Source: Gracilinanus agilis
Taxonomy: Eukaryota
Length of the DNA: 64,000 nt
Direction: 5' to 3'
Assembly: GCF_016433145.1 (NCBI RefSeq)
Contig: NC_058133.1
Coordinates: forward strand, 194,163,422-194,227,421
Shown here: positions 13,501 through 23,570 of the stretch, in pieces
How the letters are laid out: every line of letters begins with the position of its first letter
Position numbering within the stretch: position 1 is the first letter of the stretch
The notes under the pieces: generated by a model
What the model was told of the DNA's origin: nothing
Seen by the model: only the letters and a program-made list of their open reading frames with translations
The model's database searches: none
Position numbers and translations under genes: made by a program

Positions 13501-16500
13501 NNNNNNNNNNNNNNNNNNNNNNNNNNNNNNNNNNNNNNNNNNNNNNNNNNNNNNNNNNNNNNNNNNNNNNNNNNNNNNNNNNNNNNNNNNNNNNNNNNNN
13601 NNNNNNNNNNNNNNNNNNNNNNNNNNNNNNNNNNNNNNNNNNNNNNNNNNNNNNNNNNNNNNNNNNNNNNNNNNNNNNNNNNNNNNNNNNNNNNNNNNNN
13701 NNGGGAGAGGGAAGAGGGGGAAAAGTAGAGAAGAGACCTCTCTCCTTGTCCTTTAAACTCCAAACTACTCTCCAGGCAACTCCAAGCAGGGCTTACGATG
13801 TAAGACGTGCAAAGCCAGCGTCCACCTCTGGTGCTCTGAGGAAATCTCCCACCAGCAGTGCCCAGGGAAAACGGTGAGGAAGGGTCTATCTAGACACTTT
13901 CTTGTTGACTACTCTGTGCTCATTGGTGCCTTGGAGGGTACTTCATCTTCCTTCCTCATTACAAAGAACTCGTTCTGGGGCATCCAGGTGGCTTAGTAGA
14001 CTGAGAGCCAGGCCTACAGACAGGAGGTCCTGGGTCCCAGTCTGGCCTCAGACACTTCCTAGCTGTTTGACTTTGGGCAAGTCACTTAACCCCAAATTGC
14101 CTGACCACTCTTCTTCTGCCTTGGAACCCATACTTAACATTGATTCTAAGATGGAAGGTCAGGGTTAAAAAAAAACAACTGCTCATTTCATGCAGTGGGA
14201 AATAGCAAGGAAGATCAAGCCCTCTGCCCCTTTTGTTGGCACTGATATCTCTCTATTCTTTCTTCCCCTAGTCCACCTCTTTCCGTAGGAACTTCAGCTC
14301 CCCTCTCCTGGTGCATGAGCCACCCCCAGCCTGTACTCGAGAGTCTCCCCCAGCTGGTAAGGACACATTTAATTCCCATTCCTCCTAGACTATAGTGAGA
14401 AAAGGTGCCTTGATCTCTTGGACTGGGGAGTCAAGTTTTCTTGTGATAGGCATTACTTTTGCAGGAAGAGTGGACACTGGCACTACCCACCCAGGGCATT
14501 GTACCAGCTTTTAAGGTGTCCAGATGCAATGCCCAGGGGTCAAGAATTTAGGGGGTTTAAGAAGATTCCTAGGAAGAGGTAAGCTGCCAGGTTCCTGAAG
14601 GTACAACTTTCTTAGGTGCCAGTGGGAAAGTGGATCCTATTTATGAGACCCTCCGCTATGGTACCTCCTTGGCATTAATGAACCGCTCGAGTTTCAGCAG
14701 CACTTCAGAGTCTCCCACCCGAAGCCTGGTACAGACTTTGGCCCAAGCATGGGGGAAAGGCATGAGGGGGAGGAGGGACCAGGGTTGAGATCCAGAGTGG
14801 GGAAAGGCTTTGGGGATGGGATATACTAGGATAGAGAGATGGGGCTCTGAAGTCCCTGAGGGAAGATGTATGGGGGCTGGAGGATATAAGGAAAAGAGAA
14901 GTGGAGCTGGTGGACTCTGAATGGGAGACATTGGGGAAGGGATTGGGGCTGGGAGACTCTAAGGAAAGGGGGATGAGGGCTGGAGGATCCTGAGGGAGAG
15001 GGCTAGGTCAGGGCACATTAGGGAAGATGGTTGAGGGTTGAGGATTCTACCTCAGTCTTCCTTCCTTCCTTTTCCTTTTCTTGTCTTTCCCAGAGTGAGC
15101 GGGATGAATTGGCAGAGGATGGGGAGGGTAGCATCCGTAGCTCAGAGGAGGGTGCCAGTGATAGTGGTAAGTATGAGGAAGGCACTCTAGTGCTAGGGGA
15201 TGGGGGCCCCCTCAACTCCTAAATCTTTACACCCCCATCCCACTCTTATAGTCTTTACATCACCAACTGAGAATGAAGTGACAGGACCTGAGGAGAAAAG
15301 TCCTGGACAGCAGCAGGTAAGGCCCTGTGCCGTTTGGGTATAGATGGAGACTGAGGGATGGGATGGGGAGAGCAGTACCAGGTTAAGCTCATCTGAATGA
15401 GGTACTAGATGGCATCTAATTTTCCTTTTTTAGCCAAGTAGCTAGGTGGCACAGTGGATAAAGTTCCAGACCTGGAGTAGAAAGGATCTGGGTTCAAATC
15501 TGGCCTCAGACATTTCATAGCCGTGTGACCCTGTGCAAGTCACTTAACCCTACAGCCCTTGTCTTTCTTCGTTAAAGATGTTACTAAGACAGAAAGTATT
15601 TAAAAAAAAAAAAAAAGCTCTAAAATTTTAGACTTCTCATCACCAATTCACTGTACAATTTTAAGCAAGCATTTTCCCTTCTTAGGAAAAGGTCAGGGTT
15701 AGATTAGGGTCCAGGGTCCCTTCTAGCTCTGACATTGTTCTAAAGTTCTAATTGGGTGAGTACTTACAGTAGGATGCCAGATTTTATGTCAGTGTTCATC
15801 TCTCCACCATGACACCCCAGGCTTCCAAGGGCACCATTCGGAAGGACGTGGGCCCCATGTATTCCTATGTCGCCCTCTACAAGTTTTTGCCCCAAGAACA
15901 TAATGACCTGGCTCTGCAGTAAGTGTCTTCCCAGAGCTCCAAACCCTTGCTCCTTCCCTTTCCCCCTAGGGTGTCACTTTCCCTGATTGGACATGGGCTT
16001 GCAGCTGTTGGAACTGCCAGGACACCCAACATCCCCACAAGGATCCCAGTTGTTCCCAGTTGGGAAAGGCAGTTGACTACCACAGCTTGGGTCAGGGTGG
16101 GGATGGGTGGGAGTCCTCCTCATCTCCAGAGACTGCCCTCAGTCTGCTCTTTCCCTAGGCCCGGAGATCGGATCATGCTTGTGGATGATTCTAACGAGGA
16201 CTGGTGGAAGGTGATTAGGCTGGTTGGCAGCATGAAGGGAAAAATTTGGGGGGGGGGGAAATGATTGTGCCCCTCTCCAAGCATAGCCTGAGGGAGTCAG
16301 GGTAGAAATGGAGAAAGCCAGAACCATAAGCAAAACCTGCTGTAACAGATTCTGCTGCCTACTAAATCACCCTTTGGGCACTGCCCCCATGGGAGCCATG
16401 GCCAACTAGGTTCAAAACCCCAGCCCACCACCACCTCCACCATCCCAAGTACCCAAGCTGCCACTTTTCCCTTCTTAGAGGCTCTTCCTGCCCACTCCTA

Positions 16501-17717
16501 TCCCCAACCACCCAGGCAGAGTGGGTTATTTCTTTGTTTTAGAAAAGATTAGACTCAACTGGACTGGTGACATGGCACCTTGGGGCTTGAGGTCCGGGAA
16601 ACCAAATGAGAATTGGAAGTGAGCTCATTGGGTTGAGGCTGAGGTCAGGGTGAAGGCTTGCCCCTACCAACCTCACTGAATTTGTCAAAAAGGGCAAGAT
16701 CGGCGACCGAGTCGGCTTCTTCCCAGCCAATTTTGTGCAGCGGGTGAGGCCAGGAGAGAGTGTATGGCGGTGCTGCCAGCCATTTTCTGGGAATAAGGAA
16801 CAGGGCTACATGAGCCTCAAGGAGAGCCAGGTGAGTGATCTAGGGGTACTCTGCCATCCAAAGGGTGAACGAGGTTGGGAGAAAGCAGACAGAGTCAGAG
16901 ATGGAAGGCAGGAGAAAGCTCTCAGATGGTGCCTGGAAGAGAATTCCATCAGCCTTGTAGTGGGAAGAAAGGCAGATAGCTAGAAGAAAGACTATCCTAT
17001 CTGTCAAGCACAGGTTTTCAGAATGGGTGCTCTTCCTCCTACTTATCCCTCTCATCTCATGCCTAGGACAGAATTCTTTTTTTTTTTTTTTAAACCTTTG
17101 TACTTCAGTGTATTGTCTCATAGGTGGAAGATTGGTAAGGGTGGGCAATGGGGGTCAAGTGACTTGCCCAGGGTCACACAGCTGGGAAGTGGCTGAGGCC
17201 GGGTTTGAACCTAGGACCTCCTGTCTCTAGGCCTGACTCTCACTCCACTGAGCTACCCAGCTGCCCCCTAGGACAGAATTCTTGATTCAATGGCTGGGCA
17301 AGAAGGGACAGTGAGGTAGCACACTGGATAGAGTGCCAGGTTTGGAAATGGGAGGTCCCAGGTTCAAATCTGACTTCAGATACTTTTTAGCTGTGTGACT
17401 TTGGGTGAGTCACTTTACCCCATTTCCCTAGCCCTTGTCCTTCTGTCTTAGAGTTGTTACTAATACAGAAAGTAAAGATTTTTTTCTTTAAAGAGGAAAA
17501 TGGTGGGGTCTATAATTATTTGGATTCTGGTCCCACCAGGATCTTGCTAACACAGTGGGCAGCACCTGCCTGGCTGGTGCTGAGCACTCAGCCCTACATC
17601 TTTCCTGTTCAGATCTGTGTAGGTGTGGGCAGAAGCAAGGATGCTGATGGCTTCATCCGAGTTAGTAGTGGCAAGAAGAGAGGCCTGGTACCTGCCGATG
17701 CTCTGACTGAGATCTGA
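6855..17717 (+). CDS. STAC2: STAC2, SH3 and cysteine-rich domain protein 2 (spliced, 11 coding exons, 407 aa)
   Basis: join(6855-6944,12894-13200,13776-13873,14272-14356,14616-14728,15094-15166,15252-15316,15821-15918,16159-16210,16693-16830,17613-17717) = 1224 nt. All introns GT-AG with matching phases. [14 protein letters not shown]-terminus, C1 domain (HSFQEH..CELC..C..C..H..C), tandem SH3, ends DALTEI*. Confidence 0.97.
7274..7302. repeat. (CA)n microsatellite
   Basis: direct, one ct interruption. Confidence 0.9.
7467..7531. repeat. (GT)22 followed by (CG)7
   Basis: GT 7473-7516, CG 7517-7530. Confidence 0.95.
10371..10570 (+). mobile_element. SINE1_Mdo-like SINE
   Basis: ggggcagctaggtggc head, aggtaagggtttaaaaaaaaa tail. 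Confidence 0.85.
12520..12770 (-). mobile_element. MIR/Mar-like marsupial SINE
   Basis: gagtggtttgccatttc..gatgaggaaactga core. Confidence 0.75.
12894..13200 (+). CDS. STAC2: STAC2 exon 2 ([11 protein letters not shown]...[10 protein letters not shown]), start of C1 domain
   Basis: ctctttcag| acceptor, GTGG|gtaggt donor, 307 nt. Confidence 0.96.
13453..13701. other. Assembly gap (249 N), STAC2 intron 2
   Basis: N run. Confidence 1.
13776..13873 (+). CDS. STAC2: STAC2 exon 3 ([33 protein letters not shown])
   Basis: tctccag| acceptor, ACG|gtgagg donor; completes C1 domain. Confidence 0.96.
13977..14176 (+). mobile_element. SINE1_Mdo-like SINE in STAC2 intron 3
   Basis: head, gtcacttaacccc core, A tail. 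Confidence 0.85.
14272..14356 (+). CDS. STAC2: STAC2 exon 4 ([28 protein letters not shown])
   Basis: cccctag| acceptor, G|gtaagg donor. Confidence 0.94.
14616..14728 (+). CDS. STAC2: STAC2 exon 5 ([38 protein letters not shown])
   Basis: ttcttag| acceptor, CTG|gtacag donor; VDPxYETLRYG motif conserved in STAC proteins. Confidence 0.95.
15094..15166 (+). CDS. STAC2: STAC2 exon 6 ([24 protein letters not shown])
   Basis: long pyrimidine tract + cag|, G|gtaagt donor. Confidence 0.94.
15252..15316 (+). CDS. STAC2: STAC2 exon 7 ([22 protein letters not shown])
   Basis: cttatag| acceptor after an 85-nt intron, CAG|gtaagg donor. Confidence 0.92.
15438..15617 (+). mobile_element. SINE1-like SINE in STAC2 intron 7
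   Basis: ctaggtggcacagtggata head, ggttcaaatc, A tail. Confidence 0.8.
15821..15918 (+). CDS. STAC2: STAC2 exon 8 ([32 protein letters not shown]), SH3-1 start
   Basis: accccag| acceptor, CA|gtaagt donor; ALYKF SH3 motif. Confidence 0.96.
16159..16210 (+). CDS. STAC2: STAC2 exon 9 ([18 protein letters not shown])
   Basis: tccctag| acceptor, AAG|gtgatt donor; SH3 WW motif. Confidence 0.96.
16693..16830 (+). CDS. STAC2: STAC2 exon 10 ([46 protein letters not shown])
   Basis: [10 protein letters not shown]3 motif; CAG|gtgagt donor; purine-rich acceptor aaaaag|. Confidence 0.95.
17077..17267 (-). mobile_element. Young SINE1_Mdo-like SINE in STAC2 intron 10
   Basis: T tail, near-consensus body, perfect TSD ctaggacagaattc (17063-17076, 17268-17281). 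Confidence 0.93.
17305..17485 (+). mobile_element. Older SINE1-like SINE in STAC2 intron 10
   Basis: caggttcaaatctgacttcagatac..gctgtgtgactttggg. Confidence 0.8.
17613..17717 (+). CDS. STAC2: STAC2 exon 11 ([34 protein letters not shown])
   Basis: ctgttcag| acceptor, TGA at 17715-17717. Confidence 0.96.
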   Translation: MCVGVGRSKDADGFIRVSSGKKRGLVPADALTEI

Positions 17718-19522
17718 AATCCAGGCATGGCAGGCACAGAAGAAGATAGTGCCCCACCCCTAGGAGATGACCCAGACATCAACTCTGCACCCTTGTTCCC
17801 TGCTTCTGGTTCCAGGGAATGGAGCAGGGTCTCCTTACCCACTTCCCTGCTCACCTGCTGCCACGCTGCTGGGCACCACTCTAAATAGACACAGGAGCTC
17901 CACTATAACAAAGGTTTTGTTTTTCCTCCGGGGGCCCTCTGGAGGGCAGGTTGGAGAGGAAGTTAAGAGCAGGGATCAGCTACCATAAGCAGGTTTGCCC
18001 TCATGCCAAGGTGCCAATTCCCGTGCCCACCAGTGCCCTGCTGCCACAATGAGTCAAGCCCTGGGGAGAGCTGTCCTTCAGGGCTCTCTGTGGCTCTCCC
18101 CAGAATTCTACCCCTCTGGTCATTGCATGCCTTGTGCCACCTTCCCCCTCAGTCCAGCCTGTGTGTATGTCTGTGTGTGTCTCTCTGTCTCTGTCCATTT
18201 GGGCACAGGGGAGGGAATATGTTCCTTTCTCCTGGGCCCTTCTCAATGCCTGCTCCCCTCCTCAGGGTTTGAAGGGGGTGGGAGATATGGGAAGGCCTTC
18301 TCTGCTTCTGTGTTCCTGACTGCTGCCTCCCCAATATCACCATCTCTCACTCACTCAATTCTCAGGAAAGTTTCACTGGTCTCTCCCATAACTTGAAACC
18401 TGGCCTGGCAGAGGAGGGGAGGGATCAAGGAGAAAGAACAGGGCATGTTCTCTTGTTTGAGGGGAAGAGGGAGCCCTAAGCTGGAACAACCATGATGGGG
18501 CCTTTCCCAATTCCACCCCTACTGACCGCTAGCCCAACTGTGGTCTGAATTCCGCCCAAGGCCAGAGCATCCCCAAACTGTCCCACCCTACAACCATAGC
18601 CACGCCAATGAAAGGCGATCCAAGAGTAAGCCACAGCACGCCATTTTGTTATTGGGAAGAGCTCTGGTGTGTCCAGAATAGCTACAGAATGCTAAAAAAA
18701 AAAACAAAAAAAAACACCACCAACCTGTTGTCCTACGCCTGACAAGCTAATGACAAACTTCAAGGATTGAGAGTCAAACCCATTACCCAGATCAGAAAAC
18801 TGATGACGGGCAGTTTTACTTTCCTGCTTCCCCTTTCTTCTCTGGCCTCCTCTCTCTTCTCTGATCAAGACAACCCTCTAAGAGCTGGAAAATCCTCTTA
18901 GATTTGGGAATCTTGGATTTGGAAAGACGGGAAAGTCCTCTCAACAGGGTGAGCCCAAGTCAAAGCAGGGCTGGGCATGAGGAACAAGTCAGCACTTTAA
19001 AAAGAGTCTTGTCCAAGAGCTGAATGTTTCAGGTGGTTCCATCCCCTGCTAAGATAAGGGGCTGTATTTCTGATGCACCCCCAGTGCCCTTCACAGACCC
19101 CTGGGGTAGGAATGTTGAGGTGGGGGACAGGCGCTGGGAGGAAGCTGAGACTCATCTTACTCCCAAGGAAGGGAGGAAGTGTGGGTATCCCAGACAGGAG
19201 GAGATAGCATGTGGGGTCTCACCTGGAAAGTCTGCTCTTCTTCAGCCCCAACTCCCAGGCCCCAAGCTCAGAACCTCCTTCACCATGCCAGCCAATGCCT
19301 CCCCTCCTCTGGGCACAGATACTTACCCTGAGATCCTCGCCTCCCCTCCCTTCTGCTGTTCCCAGATTTGGGGTGGGGAGAGGCTGACACCACACTGCCC
19401 TGTTTGCTGCCATGAAGCTGCCCCAGCAATACCCCCACCCCGGGGCAGGCACGATGCCCACTGTACATAGAGGCTGCATGACGGGTCTGACTCGGGCACT
19501 GCTGGGCCCCCAGACCCACTTG

Positions 19523-19528
19523 ATTAAA
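19523..19528 (+). terminator. Candidate STAC2 polyadenylation signal (ATTAAA)
   Basis: ATTAAA about 1.8 kb after the stop, followed by GT/T-rich sequence; I saw no AATAAA between the stop and this site. Confidence 0.45.
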
Positions 19529-20187
19529 TGTACCTGTGACCCAGATGTGCCTTCTCTGAGTTTCACTGACTGGCTTAGGAATGGGGGTGGCAGTAGGAGG
19601 AAGGCAGCAAGGGCTAGAAAGACCTGGAAAAGGGGAAAGGGTGGGGGCAGATATTGGGGGAGAGGGGCAGGGACTGATGAAACCCTGGAGAAAGTGGAGG
19701 GGAACCCAGACTAAATGGTGAGGCATGGTGCCCACCATCTCTCGACTAGGGGACACTGGCTAGTGACCCTCCCTTCGCTGCTTCCCTAGGTAGTCTCTGG
19801 AGGGACCCCAACCTCAAAGAGTTGATTTCTCCTGGAAAATGAAGGGAATAATGGAGGGTGAGCGTCAGGGGGGTGGCATCTGGACCTCAGGGTCTTCAGA
19901 CTCGGAGTGGCTGGGCAGTAGGGCTGGAGGACCAGGAGGTAGGGAGCCGGGTGGGGGGATATGGGTAAATGTGAATCCTCTGGCCTGTTGGCTTGTCTGG
20001 ATGCTTCAGTATGATTTAAACCCAATTATCATGGGCACCCGTGAGCTCATCAGACAGGGTAAAGTACGATGCCCAGAGCCCACTTGGGCCACCCAAGTCC
20101 AACTAGTCTAAAGAAACTCAGAGTCTGGCTCCTTGAGAAGTCAAGACAAACGTCTCCTAATGCCCAGCTCAGAGCTGGTTCTTTTTT

Positions 20188-20385
20188 TATTTTTATTTTT
20201 ATTTTTTTTAAACCCTTTAGGTTCTGTTTTGGAACCAATATTGGTTCTAAGGCAGACAAGCAGTAAGGACTAGGCAATGGGGGTTGTGACTCCTGCAGGG
20301 TCACCCAGCTAGGAAGGCCCTGAGGCCAGATTTGAAGCCAGGACCTCCCATCTCCAGACCCGGCTCTCTATCCTCTGAGCCCCCC
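20188..20385 (-). mobile_element. SINE1_Mdo-like SINE
   Basis: T-rich tail, ggactaggcaatgggg, gatttgaa. Confidence 0.85.
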
Positions 20386-20705
20386 AGAACTGATGCTTGC
20401 TCTCTGGGTCTCTATCATTCCCTCCCTCACCTCCTTTTGCTCTTCTCCCCACCCTGGCTCTGGGCCAATCCTGCCACTCAAACGCTAGCCCATGAATCGT
20501 GAGGAAGAAGAGTGCCTGGAGGAGCTGGCGGTGACGTGGGGCAGCTGGGCCCCGAGAGATGACTCAATCGTGCCTGTCACTCAGCCCGTGGCACAGCGCA
20601 GGGAAGGGGCGCTCCCCTCCCCCACCCCTCCCGCCCACTGGCGCTGCAAAGTTGACTCCCCTCCGCCTTCCCTGGCCGCGTCATCACTTAGGCGAGTGCA
20701 GAGAG

Positions 20706-20715
20706 CTATTTATAG
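20706..20715. promoter_or_regulatory. MEF2 consensus site CTATTTATAG (TATAAA on the minus strand)
   Basis: exact match inside a GC/CpG-rich segment, where AT-rich 10-mers are rare. Confidence 0.55.
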
Positions 20716-21259
20716 GCTGGATTGTGAGGAGGGGGAAGGGCAAGCCGCCTGGGTTGGGGTGCCAATGCCCGAGCTGCCAGGGTTAGAGTTGGCGAGGGTC
20801 CTGGCAGAACTCTTCCTCCTCCCCCTCCCCATCCCTGCCCCTCCCACAGACATAGCCCGTTGCCCCCGATGCCAGGCTGACCCTGGGTTCTGGAGACCAG
20901 GCAGGGCTCCCAGGATGGGGCTGGGGACGGACAGGAAGGTTTGCTCCAACCTGCATGCTGGGGTCCCTGAAGGGCTTCTCCTTCCTGCCTGGAGTGCTCC
21001 TGCCCCCAGGGAGGCCCCCTGCTTGGCCCGGCACCAGGGCCCCTCGGGACCCCTTCTCCCACCCGCTCCTCCTTCCCTCCTCCTGCCATCACTACAGGAG
21101 GGTTTCCTCGTGGGGGTCGGGGCTGAGGGGAAGGTCTTGCCCCGTCATAACTAGAGAAGGAGGTTGCCCTCTGCGGCCCCGGGCTCGCTTCTCCCTAGGG
21201 CTCTGCCTGGAGAAAGGACTTTACCAGAGAGGAAAGGACTTTAAACGCAGAAGAGGCAA

Positions 21260-22060
21260 AAACAGACATACACGCCAAAAGGGACAGATCAACATGGGTG
21301 CACACAGACAAAAGAGAGACACACAGACAGGCAGACTGACAGGTCCACAGAGACAGAGACAGACAGACACAGGCACAGACACACAGACCCAGAGATAGAT
21401 CCGGTCAGAAAGATGGATTCAGAGACTGATTGGCACAGACATACACAGAGACAGGCCTGAACAGACAGACAGATCACAACAGACACAGAGATACAGAGAT
21501 AGGCCTGGAAAGACTCAGAGATCAGCACAGACACAGAGACACTCCTGGAGAGAGAGACAGATGGACACAGACAGACAAACAGACACAGAGATAAACCTGG
21601 ACAGGCAGACAGACAGACCAGCACCAACAGACACACAGAGATAGGCCTGGAAAGAATCAGAGATCAGCACAGACACAGACTCACTCCTGGAGAGAGAGAC
21701 AGATGGACACAGACAGACACATAGAGTTAGGCCTGGACAGACAGGCACACAGAGATAGAATCAGGGTTCAGCACACAGAGATAGACCCAAATGGACAGAC
21801 AGATTGGCACACACAGACACACCAATTCAGAGATAGACTTTGGACAGAATCTCAGAGATCAGCACAGACTCAAAGACACACCTGGAGAGAGACAGATGGG
21901 CACAGAGACAAATCAACACAGAGATAGAACTAGATGGACAGACAGACCAGCACAGACAGACACACAGAGATAGGCCTGGGCAGACACAGTCAGAGATCAG
22001 CACAGACTTGAAGATTGACCAGGGCAGACAGAGGCAGGCCTGGATAGACAGACAGCCATC
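21260..22060. repeat. Degenerate AC/AG-rich minisatellite
   Basis: identical 18-mer tcagagatcagcacagac at 21515, 21657, 21852 and 21990. Confidence 0.85.
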
Positions 22061-23086
22061 AGAGCAGTTTGGGGGCCTCCTGGGACTCCAGTTTCTCCCT
22101 CCATGCCTTCCACCATATGGCCTTGCTCCAGCTTAGCTTAGGTCCCCCCCCCAAGGCAGGGAAGGGAAGGGCCAGCTGGACGAGGCGCCTCTCCCTCGGG
22201 CCCTTCCCCCTCTTCCCCCCAGCATCCACCCCACCAAACACAGCAGTTTTTCCAAGAGGCTGAGCCCGCTGACTTTGCTTTCGCAGCTGGTGGGAAGTGG
22301 GGAGGTGAGGATGCCAAGGAGGGGAAGACGACTGCCGGCCCTATGTCAGCTCATCCGCCCTGCCCTTCCCCCCGCTGCCCGCTCTTGCTCGGGCCACACG
22401 GGCACGTCCGGTGGCGTGGCTCCCTCAGCTGCTTCTGGCTCCCCGTGCCCCGCTTCTCCCAGCAGGGAGAGGGCCCCCAACCACAGGGAGCTCACAGCGA
22501 GCCGACTGAAAGATACACAAAGGAAACCAGACGGACCCACAGACACGGGCGAGAGATGAGGAGGAGGAGGAGGGAGGACCTCCCCCTCGGTGCCTCCTCC
22601 ATCCCTCCCCAGGAAAGGCCCCGGAGAGGCTCCCCATAAAACCTGCAGCTGGACAGAGGGCAGAGATTGGGGAAGAGGGAGGAAGAGGGCGAGATCCCAG
22701 AAAGAAGAGAAAGGGGAAGGAGGGAGAGAAAGGAGACCCCAGGGCCCCAAGAGGCAGAGACCACGACTCGGGGCAGGGGAGGGAGAAAGAATAGGGCCCA
22801 GAGGGGAGAGACGAAGAAGGAAGGGAGGCGAATCCACATGGAAGGCTGGAAGGAGAGGCAGAGACCTGGAGGGTACAAAGGGAGAGCAGGGAAAAGAGAG
22901 AGACAGAGGCAGAGACATTTCTGAGAGGCCAGAAGGGAAGAGATAGAGAAGTAGGAAGGGGGAGACGGTCAGAGTTGAAGAAGAGAGACAGAATCAGAGA
23001 CAGAAAGATAGAGAGAGATGCAGGTATAGAAAAGGAGAGAAAGATCTGAAACAGAGATCAGAGAGGGAATTAAGATGAGGACAGCT

Positions 23087-23570
23087 GGGGGCAGCTGGGT
23101 AGCTCAGTGGATTGAGAGCCAGGCCTAGAGAAGGGAGGTCCTAGGTTCAAATCTAGCTTCAGACNNNNNNNNNNNNNNNNNNNNNNNNNNNNNNNNNNNN
23201 NNNNNNNNNNNNNNNNNNNNNNNNNNNNNNNNNNNNNNNNNNNNNNNNNNNNNNNNNNNNNNNNNNNNNNNNNNNNNNNNNNNNNNNNNNNNNNNNNNNN
23301 NNNNTAGCACAGAGCCTGGAGCAAGTAAGCACTATAGAAATGTTTTGTTGTTCAATCATGTCTAACTCTTCATGACAAAGATACTGGAGCGGTTTACCAT
23401 TTCCTTCTCCAGCTCATTTTACAGATGAGGAAACTGAGGCAAACAGGATGAAGTGACTTGGCCAGGGTTACACAGCTAGTAAGTGTCTGAGGCTAGATTT
23501 GAACCCAGGAAGAGTAGTCTTCCTGACTCCAGACCTGGCACTCTATTCACTGTGCCACCTAACCGCCTTT
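23087..23570. mobile_element. SINE1 head (+) truncated by the gap, then MIR/Mar-like SINE (-)
   Basis: ggggcagctgggtagctcagtgg at 23087; ccatttccttctccagctcattttacagatgagg near 23397. Confidence 0.75.
23165..23303. other. Assembly gap (139 N)
   Basis: N run. Confidence 1.

Noticed and set aside
13453-13701. Gap hiding a STAC2 coding exon
   Set aside because: Exons 2 and 3 already join in phase and give a complete C1 domain
21260-22060. Repeat-spacer pattern as a CRISPR-like array
   Set aside because: Eukaryotic DNA, irregular spacing, spacers are themselves the same simple repeat, no cas genes
21289-22946. Cluster of long ORFs on both strands
   Set aside because: Products are low-complexity translations of the minisatellite and the GA-rich tract
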